A stretch of 64,000 nucleotides of DNA from positions 159,358 to 223,357 of IMG/VR virus record IMGVR_UViG_3300037725_000018; one strand, written 5' to 3'. The position numbers and the translations under genes are program-made. The notes under the pieces were generated by a model that searched no databases, was not told where the DNA came from, and worked only from the letters and a program-made list of their open reading frames with translations. This document shows, piece by piece, positions 27,501 through 36,229 of this stretch; position 1 is the first letter of the stretch; each line of letters starts with the position of its first letter.

Positions 27501-27781
27501 TCATCGAGCGTGATCAACTCCCCTGTTAGAGAGTCTCGAACAAGCAAATCGCCAGCCGAATCCCCGCCGTTAGGGTTGGCAAGCGTGACTTCGCCAAACT
27601 CGTTGACTTCAAACACAGATTCTTCTGTTCCCGTGCTTGGGTTAAACGATTTCACGGAAAGGGAAGACTGTTCGGTTCGAGTCAAAATTTCATCTTCTTC
27701 AAACCGAATCGCAGCGCCGGAATAATCGTAGTCTACAGAAACCGTAGGTTGATTTTTAAGTTGTGTTTCTATAAGTGCCAT
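24581..27781 (-). CDS. Modular tail fibre/adhesin with YadA-like repeats
   Basis: 1066 aa; shares modules with neighbours; C-terminal TTPDGTTQYRIAVDNNGNV motif. Confidence 0.8.
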   Translation of the reverse strand: MALIETQLKNQPTVSVDYDYSGAAIRFEEDEILTRTEQSSLSVKSFNPSTGTEESVFEVNEFGEVTLANPNGGDSAGDLLVRDSLTGELITLDDGGSPALGARYEGNGALTLGYRSVSNGIGESSVVIGATESNPSSAPGTNNVAIGPGNSVGFNSTFNTETNLSFAFGSNNTLENTGTVGIGIGNTIYPENGYAFGRNNTLESSFGSESFYAIGENNTIFQDASDNTFAIGNDISWGSGDTSFLPTVIIGSGNLDIASSTDLAFLVGSGTDSARRNALAVKRLGNADEETVTHLDNLYLNIDPTASWRGLRGGRNIVISSSVESGVNEGSAFVSNSIIVDSIIGEGELGGSFVLNSSIVSEGVTQGGDGSMFINAELTPQNSVSEIYENAFIHSTRIGQDGQGNNDNSRKFAVTETGAGPISVFAFNDDTILAYQAVGPNNEREGSLVLVGTGSVDSPIKDVQNSLSIRGATMRAPRSVGIGPNVEVNTSDRIVLGNDNGTVVKQVQGSTADLFSVNLYNTSVGDAVNQVFTVEDDGTIKIGKPDSGSNISEALVRNPNTGEIETFDLNALNGGGGNGGAILAGLGLTSTFNASTGNTTLDVDPVEADTESDMILQDSSTGELISLSSGADLTAKHEGNGSFTVGYRRGTDTGQYSSVFGGADPSLASDTENFANGEGNVIVGHYNEINSGSFDQARFSAALGYGNYIRGERSVAIGGAGSFSGTRQNIEANNSFAFGIGNTNSSDETLIIGFQNNVTNSPTETVVLGNNLNLNSGGFGSGKTLIGTYNEGVSDASFEVGVGENDSTRITGAFIEVKTGTPIFTTTSVHLPSSTDSTLNDTGFGSPTNSIIINSTGDGSPSQSFLLNSDVGDAGVADSFFYNSSLTNVSNLTFFDNAMFTSSVDGVDATIDFGTFLIKTDIDSSNIDEFRQQNNSTSNVTVFAYNEKQILAYAGGLQRDGSVIIAGKNGGFIGNASNATSISGGNVSDGANNSVAIGGIASVSTSNTVAIGDTGGTDFYGGNVTIVDDEIDIQTPGNGVVVTTPDGTTQYRIAVDNNGNVTSEEI

Positions 27782-27796
27782 AAAATTTTTATGAAT

Positions 27797-30700
27797 TTAA
27801 AGTTCTTCTGATACAATCGTACCGTCGTTCTTGACTTTCACGCGAAATCTAGTTCCATCGGGGCTTTTCAAAATTTGCCCAAGCCCCGGCGTCGTAACCT
27901 CCATTTCTCCAGACGTGACCCGAACAGAACCGCCGAAGTCAACTGCTTTCGCCACAACGTCCGAAAGCTCTACGGTGAAAGCGTCCGTGCTAGCGTTGTA
28001 GCTGGAGTCAATTCCTATGCCGCCAACAACGTTTGTCGAGCCGCCACCACCGGAAAAGTTGCTTGCATCTATGTATTCTAGCTCTTTCGTACTTGGGTTT
28101 CGAACAAGCACTTGTGAGGCGTTGGTGCCCTCTGCGATTTCACGTCCAATTGACAGAACGGTTTCAACTTGTGTTACGCCATCTACGTTCTTAATGTATT
28201 CGCCTGTGGAGTCGTTTACCTGAAATCGTTCAACCGTTAAGCCTTCACGAACATATGTTCCGTCCCTGTAGGTGACGTACAATCCGTCTGCTCTTCCAAG
28301 TCCGTCATTAAATTCACTACCAAATCCTTGTTGACTTGGATTATCACCAACTCCAACAGCAAGTAAGCGGTCCTGCGGCGTGATATCTTCAATACCGTCG
28401 GGCTCGTTGCCTGTGCCAAGGTAATCTTCATTATAAACACCTTGAGCGATTCCAGCATACGTGCGAGAGATTGTATAGTTTCCCATTGCTGTGGAACTAT
28501 AGCCTTTTGCTTCTGTGTAAATTCCCATCGCGGTAGATCCAATGCCGCTTGTTTCTGTGTTGGACCCCATTGCAACGGATTGGTTGGCGTTTGCTATTGT
28601 GCTAATTCCCATTGCAATGGAGTAAAAACCGTTTGCTTCTGTGCCAGCCCCTATTGCCGTGGAAAAACCACCGCTTGCTTCTGTGTTCTCTCCCATCGCA
28701 ACAGAATTAGCACCAACCGCACCCGCACGTGAACCCAACGTGAACGCCCCATTTCCTTCGTATTTTGCGAAAGCACTTGACCCGTCAAGCGTAATCAACT
28801 CTCCGGTGGACGAGTCCCGAAGAATCATATCCGATTCCGTATCTGAAATAATTGGATCAACGTTGAACGTCGTATCGCCTGTTGACGGGTTGAACACGGA
28901 TTCAAGCCCAGTTCCTGCAACAATGGTTTCGCCTCCACTACCCAACGTGGACCCATCTACGTATTCAAGCTCGTTTGTGTTGGGGTTTCTGACGAGAACT
29001 TGGCTTGCGTCTGTGCCCTCAGAAATCTCCGGGCCAATTCGAAGCTCGGTTTCATAGTCCCCCAAACTAGCGTTGTAACTGTCCAGAGAAAGCCCGTGCC
29101 GGATGTGCGTGCCTTCACGAACTGTAACGTACAGCCCGTCCACTCTTCCGCGACCGTCAATGTAATTCCCGTCGCCGGGGCTTGTGCTTGGGTTTTCACC
29201 CACGCCCACCGCGAATATGCGCTCAGAAAGGGATTGGAAGTCCTCGATCCCCTGCTGTGCGGGTGGTGGATTCTGGGTGAGACCGCCAAGATAGTCTTCG
29301 TTGAAGAACCCAACAACCCGGCTTGCATACGGCCACGCCACGGTGTTGTCTCCCCCGGCGTGAGAAGATCGCCCTCTAGCAAGCGTGTCGGAACCTTCGC
29401 TGTGAGAACTTGTTCCAAGAGCTTCAGTCCGAAACCCCTCGGCGTGAGCAGCCGCGCCCCCCCCGGCGACGGTCGAGTTACCTTCAGCAACGCAGTTTGT
29501 CCCCACCGCTTGGGTTCCAAGGCCCAGAGCGACGGCACCAGAATCAGTCGCCTGCGCTCCCTGTCCAGCGGCGAACGCGCCTATGTCCGTGGCCCTAGAA
29601 CCGCTTCCTAAAGCAACTGCGGCTGTGGAAGTGGCCTCTGTGTTCTCGCCAAGGGCGATAGATGCTTCTCCGGTCGCAATAAGCCCGGTGCCTCCTGCGG
29701 CGAACGAGCCGTTTCCTATCGATTGGGCTGAATCTCTCTGCCCGAAGGTGAACGCTCCACTGCCTTCGTAACGCGCCCGGTCGCCCGGAGTACGCGCAAC
29801 TTCCCCGGAAACGTCTGCGTTCATCAAAAGCCCGCCCGTTTCGGCGCTTGATGAAATTTGTCGAGTCGTAAAAAATATTTTCCCGAACGTTTCATTTTGC
29901 TGCGGGATATCCGACTGGTCCAATCCGGGAAAGTTGCTAAGAAGCGTTCCCTGCCCGGTATCCACAACGCTTGTTGTTGTGGTGTCGGTGATCTCCGCAA
30001 TAAGCCTGTAATCAAGGCTAAAGGTGCCACTGTCGAACTGCTCGACAATAACGTAATACTTCTCTGCCGACGAATTTTCTTGCCAATTCACTTCAACGGG
30101 GTTGCTGGAGTCAGGCGTTGGAAGGCTTTGGCGAAAGTCACCGTCCCTTGCGGTGAGAAGCCCACCCGGCGTCTCAGCTAAGACGAACCACGTCAGAAAA
30201 AAGTTTCCCGAATTAGAGTGCTGGACGTTCACAGTTGTCGGGATATCGGGAACAAAACCCATGTCAAACGTGCCACCCGGTTGGACGGTGAAGCCTGAAG
30301 AAATAAGTGAAGACCCGTTGAACGCAAGGTCTGGGCTTGCCCCTAGACTTCCGTTATCGTTAAATTGAACTTCATTATCATTTCCAGAAGCAACAACGTC
30401 GAAGATGGTTTCGCCCGTTGAAGCGTTAAATGTGGAGGAAAGCCCAAGTCCCGCCTGTATGGTTGAACTCCCATTCCCGCCACCGGAAAATTGACTACCG
30501 GAAACTTTTTCTATTTTTCCGGTCGTTGGGTTGCGAACAAGAACTTGATCTGTATTAGAAGCATTTGAAGGTTCTGTTATTTCGATATCACCATTTTTTC
30601 GAAAAACAAACCCGTCACTTCTGTTCCCATCATTGTTTCCATTTCCAATGACAAATAGTTTGTCATTGTCTGTAGCTGTGTCGGTTCCGGCTTCATTAAA

Positions 30701-32179
30701 TTCGCCAAATATAGCCATTGGAACTTCGTTTGAATAATCAAGATTGAGACCATTACCGAACGCAAACTTTGAACCGTATGCGTCAGATTCTGTAAACGTT
30801 TCGGTATTCATCTCATTTCCGGTACCGAACACATAAATATCGCTAGTGGAACCAGCTTGATTTTCCCCTATAGCGTTTATTTCATTAAATCTACCAAAAA
30901 CGAAAACTCGGTCATTGCCCGTACGGAACCCGCCCGGTCGATAACGAAGAACGCCTTGATTAAAATCAAATTGACTAAGATCAGAGTTGCTTAATGGCTC
31001 ACTATTAAAACTTACAGTCCAAACATTTGTTGATGAATTGAAACTAGAATTTCCAGCTTCAACATAAGAAGACCCATTTACGCTTTGGTTATCAAACTCA
31101 AAAAGACTAAAACTTGGGTTTCCAAAAAGTTCGGGACCGTCTTCTATTTTTAATTCATTTGTGGTGCTGTTGTATTCAATTGCAAGGTCTGAAACATCTC
31201 TGTAATTGACGAAATTATCAATTCCAAAGTTTCCGGAATAATCGGAATCTACAAGTGATCCGGAACTACTAAACATCAAAGAGGTTAAAGTAGAATCAAT
31301 CAAGCCTTGTTGCCCAGCCTTAATTGAATTTCTAATCCCCCTAGCCGCCGCAGATTGGGCACCTATAAAGAGATTTGATGATGAATCATTCAAATTTCCA
31401 AACTCTACCTTGTCCGGGAGAAGTCCAAGATATGCATTATACTTTCCCCCATTAGCGTTAAAGTTTCCGCTTGCTAATCCTACTATTAAACTTTTGTCAA
31501 TGTTTTCTATTGTATTTGAGCTTGTAGAGGCAACATTGACAAAAGAGTCAGTTATGTTATTTAAGGACACGCCACCGTCTGCGGCATTAACAAAACTTCT
31601 TTCTGTATTACTTATTGAACCACTACGAACATTTGCAAAAGTATATTCTACGTCTTCACCAAATGTACCACCATCCCCTGTAAGAAAGGAAGCAATTTTA
31701 TCTGTGCCAAATCCAGCCCCGGAATACGTCATATCGTTTCCGGTTGCAAAAGTAAAACCAATGTTGGAAACTTCGGAACCTTGACCCGTGACAATCGAGT
31801 TTTCTACAACGCCGGGAATTGTAATGTTAACCCCGGTAATAAAACTTTCTTTTGCGGGAATTGCAAAATCAGCAATATCTACCCCAAATCCAGTAACAAA
31901 GTTAGATTCTCCAAATTCTGTTGACGTTGGGTTTCCAAGAACAACTTGTCCGGGTTCTCCAACCGAAAGGTCCCCAATGTTAGCGTCAAACGTTAGGTCC
32001 GGGCTTGAACCAAACGTACCTTGATCGTTGAATTGAATTTCGGTGTCGTTTCCTGCTACGCTAGCAAGGATATCGGCGTCAACGTCGAAAACGTAGTTTC
32101 CCGTTGAACTGTTGAAGGTAACGGAAACGTCACCGTCAGCAAAAAGTAGATCGTCTTCTGTTATGTGAAGTCCTGCCAT
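27797..32179 (-). CDS. Modular tail fibre/adhesin with Hep/Hag YadA head repeats
   Basis: 1460 aa; tandem S.AMG..TEA.G repeats; C-terminal KSPDGTRFRVKVKNDG. Confidence 0.85.
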   Translation of the reverse strand: MAGLHITEDDLLFADGDVSVTFNSSTGNYVFDVDADILASVAGNDTEIQFNDQGTFGSSPDLTFDANIGDLSVGEPGQVVLGNPTSTEFGESNFVTGFGVDIADFAIPAKESFITGVNITIPGVVENSIVTGQGSEVSNIGFTFATGNDMTYSGAGFGTDKIASFLTGDGGTFGEDVEYTFANVRSGSISNTERSFVNAADGGVSLNNITDSFVNVASTSSNTIENIDKSLIVGLASGNFNANGGKYNAYLGLLPDKVEFGNLNDSSSNLFIGAQSAAARGIRNSIKAGQQGLIDSTLTSLMFSSSGSLVDSDYSGNFGIDNFVNYRDVSDLAIEYNSTTNELKIEDGPELFGNPSFSLFEFDNQSVNGSSYVEAGNSSFNSSTNVWTVSFNSEPLSNSDLSQFDFNQGVLRYRPGGFRTGNDRVFVFGRFNEINAIGENQAGSTSDIYVFGTGNEMNTETFTESDAYGSKFAFGNGLNLDYSNEVPMAIFGEFNEAGTDTATDNDKLFVIGNGNNDGNRSDGFVFRKNGDIEITEPSNASNTDQVLVRNPTTGKIEKVSGSQFSGGGNGSSTIQAGLGLSSTFNASTGETIFDVVASGNDNEVQFNDNGSLGASPDLAFNGSSLISSGFTVQPGGTFDMGFVPDIPTTVNVQHSNSGNFFLTWFVLAETPGGLLTARDGDFRQSLPTPDSSNPVEVNWQENSSAEKYYVIVEQFDSGTFSLDYRLIAEITDTTTTSVVDTGQGTLLSNFPGLDQSDIPQQNETFGKIFFTTRQISSSAETGGLLMNADVSGEVARTPGDRARYEGSGAFTFGQRDSAQSIGNGSFAAGGTGLIATGEASIALGENTEATSTAAVALGSGSRATDIGAFAAGQGAQATDSGAVALGLGTQAVGTNCVAEGNSTVAGGGAAAHAEGFRTEALGTSSHSEGSDTLARGRSSHAGGDNTVAWPYASRVVGFFNEDYLGGLTQNPPPAQQGIEDFQSLSERIFAVGVGENPSTSPGDGNYIDGRGRVDGLYVTVREGTHIRHGLSLDSYNASLGDYETELRIGPEISEGTDASQVLVRNPNTNELEYVDGSTLGSGGETIVAGTGLESVFNPSTGDTTFNVDPIISDTESDMILRDSSTGELITLDGSSAFAKYEGNGAFTLGSRAGAVGANSVAMGENTEASGGFSTAIGAGTEANGFYSIAMGISTIANANQSVAMGSNTETSGIGSTAMGIYTEAKGYSSTAMGNYTISRTYAGIAQGVYNEDYLGTGNEPDGIEDITPQDRLLAVGVGDNPSQQGFGSEFNDGLGRADGLYVTYRDGTYVREGLTVERFQVNDSTGEYIKNVDGVTQVETVLSIGREIAEGTNASQVLVRNPSTKELEYIDASNFSGGGGSTNVVGGIGIDSSYNASTDAFTVELSDVVAKAVDFGGSVRVTSGEMEVTTPGLGQILKSPDGTRFRVKVKNDGTIVSEEL

Positions 32180-32193
32180 AAAAATACTTTAGT

Positions 32194-34050
32194 TTAGTAT
32201 GTTAAAGGTTTTTTACTAATTTTGTAGATTGCCTCTTCATCTTCGGTACTCGTTTCATCCGTGAAATAGATATTTCCTTTATACTCTCCAATAAAAGAGC
32301 CGAACCGTCCCGTAGGACGTTCACCACGATTTCTAGGTGCCCACCAAAACGAGCGTTGCCTGTCAAGATCGTAAACGTATCTCCCCGGATCTCCAGAAAA
32401 CGTGTTGAAGTGAATTTGATTGTTAGCCACTCCTTCTCGTGCTACCGTAACGTCTTCGGGATTTTCATCTGCGTCTCCTACAACGGATGGATCAATAGGA
32501 ACTGGCGTTATTTCTAAAGTTTGAAGATTTAGTTTCCTATACCCCTCCAGTATAATATTACTTCCATTTATCGAAGTAATACCGCCGATATAAGAGTGGT
32601 TATTATCGTCTGGAACTTCCCATTTCCGGTAGTAGTCTATGCTTTCGGTAACGATATCGATAACCACAATCTGTTTATAATACTTGTTATTAGCTGTGTC
32701 CAAACTAGCTGGAACATCCACATAAAGTTTACGGTTTTCCGAAGATATAAAAATGCTGTGGTCCGAAGTGGGAGTTATGTATTTTTGATCAATGTTTGAA
32801 GACCCTATTTGTATTTCACTATCAATTTCAAGAACACTAGATACCGTTTGATTCTCAATGTCGAAACGAAGAATTTCGGTATCCGCTCTAATGAAATACA
32901 AATACTCATTTCCCTGTATGTCCACATAGTAGCTTAACCCCTGAATACTGTCCGGTATGCCGGGATCGAAAATTTTTGTAACATAAGGTTCTCCGGTGCT
33001 AGGATTTATATCATTCAAGTCAATTTTCCATATGTTTCCACCACCCGGTTCATCGGCAAAGTAAAATGTGTCCCTTACAAGATTTAAGTCTGTTGGAAAG
33101 TCAACTTCTGTGGGCTGGTCAACCAAAACAAATTCTTCGGTGTCTAAGTCCAGAATGGAAATTGCATCTATGCCATCAAACCCACCGTTATTGAATTTAA
33201 ACACATACTTTCCTATTACTTGGTTTCTTGTGCCTTGAGACAAAGCTGTTGTTCCGTCGTCTATGATTTCATAAGACGTATCATATACATCGCCTTGAAC
33301 AAACTCTATACTATCATTGTTTACTTTGAATTCAGCGGTTTTGTTTGGCTTCACAACTTCTGTGGGGGACTTCCCTTCCGATTCTGGAAACCGAACCGGA
33401 TAATCTGTGCGGTTTTCTATGGTGAACTTTTGTCCATCTCCAAGATCGTCAAATTCGCTAGGCTTAAATTCATTGTAACCACGATTAAATGGGTCTTGAA
33501 CGTCTCCGGTGTCCCAAGGCGTTTCAGCGGTAAACACAAACGTATCACCATCAGAAATTTCTTCAACTTCATAAAATCCTGAGTCAATGGTCGTAGTCTC
33601 TGGTTCCACCGGAAATGAGGTTTTACCGAAGACTAATTCTCCCCCGGAATTATAGTTTGATAAAGACTCTCCCGGTGGAACAGATACAAAGTCTTTTCCT
33701 TCTACTCCACCTGTAAAGCCAAAAGAAGACGAGTCAGGTGCAACTAAAACCTTAACAGAAGCGCGGTTTTTAATTGTCACTTCTCTGTTTTCAGAAAAAG
33801 AAGAAGGTGGAAGAACTACATTTATTTGTATCAGTTCAGATCCTGTGTTCTTTATCACGTATACATCACTTTCTACGTTATCCTCCCCAACTAGATTTAT
33901 TCCGGCTGTACCATCTACATCTATAATGCGAGATTTTAGTTTTCTTTCATCTGTTACTTCAAATTCTCCTGTGGAGGCGTTAAAAGAAAAGTCAACGTCC
34001 CCGGATGAATTTTCAAATGAATCTTTCGTTGAGTAGCTATCTACTGCCAT
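32194..34050 (-). CDS. Tail-associated protein, probable C-terminal beta-propeller
   Basis: 618 aa acidic; FNASTG motif; repeated four-strand patterns in C-terminal half. Confidence 0.6.
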   Translation of the reverse strand: MAVDSYSTKDSFENSSGDVDFSFNASTGEFEVTDERKLKSRIIDVDGTAGINLVGEDNVESDVYVIKNTGSELIQINVVLPPSSFSENREVTIKNRASVKVLVAPDSSSFGFTGGVEGKDFVSVPPGESLSNYNSGGELVFGKTSFPVEPETTTIDSGFYEVEEISDGDTFVFTAETPWDTGDVQDPFNRGYNEFKPSEFDDLGDGQKFTIENRTDYPVRFPESEGKSPTEVVKPNKTAEFKVNNDSIEFVQGDVYDTSYEIIDDGTTALSQGTRNQVIGKYVFKFNNGGFDGIDAISILDLDTEEFVLVDQPTEVDFPTDLNLVRDTFYFADEPGGGNIWKIDLNDINPSTGEPYVTKIFDPGIPDSIQGLSYYVDIQGNEYLYFIRADTEILRFDIENQTVSSVLEIDSEIQIGSSNIDQKYITPTSDHSIFISSENRKLYVDVPASLDTANNKYYKQIVVIDIVTESIDYYRKWEVPDDNNHSYIGGITSINGSNIILEGYRKLNLQTLEITPVPIDPSVVGDADENPEDVTVAREGVANNQIHFNTFSGDPGRYVYDLDRQRSFWWAPRNRGERPTGRFGSFIGEYKGNIYFTDETSTEDEEAIYKISKKPLTY

Positions 34051-34086
34051 TTTGCTGTTTTTTACTTGGTTTTTGTTTGAAAATCG

Positions 34087-34758
34087 TTAAACTGTTTCTG
34101 TTTTCAAAAGCCCGTCGTTTCCAAGCCGAACACGTTTTCTTTCGTTTCCGTCCGGACTTACAAGAATAATCCCTTTTCCCGGCTCATAAAACTCTGCATC
34201 CCCACCAACGTTTAAAGTGAATATTTCGCTAAGGCTTGAGTCTTCTGCCAAAATAAGCGGGTCCGTTTGCCCGGAGTTGGCCGTAATTGTGATTTGGTTG
34301 AGTCTTGTGTCGTCTGTTTGCCCGGAACCTACAAGACTTGTTCTCAAGTTTCCGGAATTTGTAACGTCAACAAGCCACTCGTTTCCGTTATCGGATTGAA
34401 GAACAATTCCGTCCGGGTCAATTGAAACTTCTGTTGCTCCGGTGGATGCATTAAAAGAAGTGACAATTCCGTTCTTACCGTCTAAATTCGCAGTAACGGC
34501 TTGGCTAAGTTCATCTTCTGTAACAACGCTTTGGACTGCCCCACCATCGTCGGGGTCGGTTCCGATTTTCCACTCCTCGCTTATGTTGTCATAATAAAGA
34601 ACCGCAGAAGGTTTGTTTCCGCGCCCAATCCGAAGACCTCCAAACTCCGGAAGAGCCGTTAACGTAGGGTCGGGCGTATTGACAAAATCGCTATTAAAAT
34701 CAACGATCTTGTCTTTTGCCTTAAAGTCTTCTACAAGTGTATCTACTAGTGTTGCCAT
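34087..34758 (-). CDS. Short tail fibre/structural protein
   Basis: 223 aa; FNASTG linker; LQSDNGNEW and LVSPDGNERKRVRL motifs. Confidence 0.7.
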   Translation of the reverse strand: MATLVDTLVEDFKAKDKIVDFNSDFVNTPDPTLTALPEFGGLRIGRGNKPSAVLYYDNISEEWKIGTDPDDGGAVQSVVTEDELSQAVTANLDGKNGIVTSFNASTGATEVSIDPDGIVLQSDNGNEWLVDVTNSGNLRTSLVGSGQTDDTRLNQITITANSGQTDPLILAEDSSLSEIFTLNVGGDAEFYEPGKGIILVSPDGNERKRVRLGNDGLLKTETV

Positions 34759-34817
34759 TCAGTTGCCGGGATTTCAAACGTGCATAGAAATTGTAAACCA
34801 TACTTTAAAAAAGATTT

Positions 34818-36149
34818 TTATGAAAGGCGATCAACTTCCTCTTTCAAGTCTTTCACGCTTTGAATCAAAACGCTAACCATCCGGGAGTAATTTACAGATT
34901 TTGGACCATCTTCATCAAAGCTTACAAATTCCGGGTAGACCTCGGCAACCTCCTCGGCAACAAGCCCGTACTGCTCTTCCCCGTGTTCGGTTTCATATGT
35001 GACCGGGCGAAGGCTTGAAATCTTCTCAATTTGGCTTTCTGTGCCGACAATATTGTTCTTAAACCGCTCGCTAGAAAGTTCTGTAAGTTGGTTGCATGTG
35101 ATTTCTCCAAGCCCTGAACTTCTCGTTGCCGTTGCGTCTAAGTTTCCTTGCAACGTAAGCGTTCCGGCGTTGTTGAGACTAACGTTTTCGGCGTTCATTG
35201 TCAAAACCCCGTTTCCAGTTGCAGAGCCACCGTCAAGCCCGGTAGAGTTATCCACGATAAGGGAACCGGAGTTGAAGTTGTATGTCCCCGATCCGGTGTT
35301 TGAACCTGTCGTCTTGATATAATTGTTGTCAAGGTAAGTTGTGTCAACGGAAACCTCATAATCATTTGTTCCCGTTGGGCCAGAGAGATTGATTCCGGTT
35401 CCCGCCGTTAATACTGTTCCAAGGTCAACTCTTAGCTCTAAAGTTCCCGCCGATTCATTGGTAATAGATTGAAGTCCATATGTGGAATCTACAATAATGT
35501 CAAGCCCACCAGAAGTTGCTCCACTTGGAAGATTTTGAAGGACGCCATCTAGAAATCTTCCCGTGTACACGTAGCAAGAAAGAAATGCCGAACCAACTCC
35601 AGACGTTAAAAGCTGTTCAAGTTCTTGACTTGCAACGATGATTGAGGCAACCGGGTCAACTTGCCACTCAACCGGATCTCCACCAACGGTAGCAACCGGA
35701 CTTACGCGATTGGAAGCGTTGGCAGGCGTGTTTTTGAAAAGGTCAAACCCATATCCACCTCCCGTTTCACTTGAAGACGTGTCAAGTTTTTGGGGAATGA
35801 TCTGTGTCCAGTTTCGGACTCGGCGTTGGTTCGGAGTTTTCCCGCTCATGTCCACGGAGCCAGATTTAAGTTGAAGCGTCACGCTTTCCGGAAACAGAAG
35901 TTCATATGAAAATCCCGGCTGTCCTCCACTTGGAGTTGCGCCAAGTTCAAGTTGAACTTTTTGAGCAACTCCATTGGAAACAGCCGAAGCCGGATTTTCC
36001 GATATTTCTTCTCCAAAAACCTCCGTGGCCCCAATTGAAATCTGGCTTGGGATAGACTCGTTATAAAAGGCGTTTTGGTCCTGTGTATTTGCAAATCCGA
36101 TAAGTTTCTTAAAGGATATCGCAGACCGTGTTGCGTCAGATAGTGCCAT
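34818..36149 (-). CDS. Tail fibre protein with C-terminal intramolecular chaperone (Peptidase S74)
   Basis: LSSERFKNNI...LRPVTY...YGLVAEEV.EVYPEFV...VNYSRM..coiled coil. Confidence 0.85.
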   Translation of the reverse strand: MALSDATRSAISFKKLIGFANTQDQNAFYNESIPSQISIGATEVFGEEISENPASAVSNGVAQKVQLELGATPSGGQPGFSYELLFPESVTLQLKSGSVDMSGKTPNQRRVRNWTQIIPQKLDTSSSETGGGYGFDLFKNTPANASNRVSPVATVGGDPVEWQVDPVASIIVASQELEQLLTSGVGSAFLSCYVYTGRFLDGVLQNLPSGATSGGLDIIVDSTYGLQSITNESAGTLELRVDLGTVLTAGTGINLSGPTGTNDYEVSVDTTYLDNNYIKTTGSNTGSGTYNFNSGSLIVDNSTGLDGGSATGNGVLTMNAENVSLNNAGTLTLQGNLDATATRSSGLGEITCNQLTELSSERFKNNIVGTESQIEKISSLRPVTYETEHGEEQYGLVAEEVAEVYPEFVSFDEDGPKSVNYSRMVSVLIQSVKDLKEEVDRLS

Positions 36150-36229
36150 TTTTTATTTTAAAGTTTCATTAATATTTGATACAAAGTTGTGTAACAGGTT
36201 TGAATTTGAAATTAAATGAACTTATGTTA

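Noticed and set aside
18626-34758. FN[AS]STG repeats as N-glycosylation sequons for the sialyl cluster
   Set aside because: Equivalent positions are often N-P-S, which is not a sequon, so the motif is more likely a structural beta-turn; no oligosaccharyltransferase is seen.
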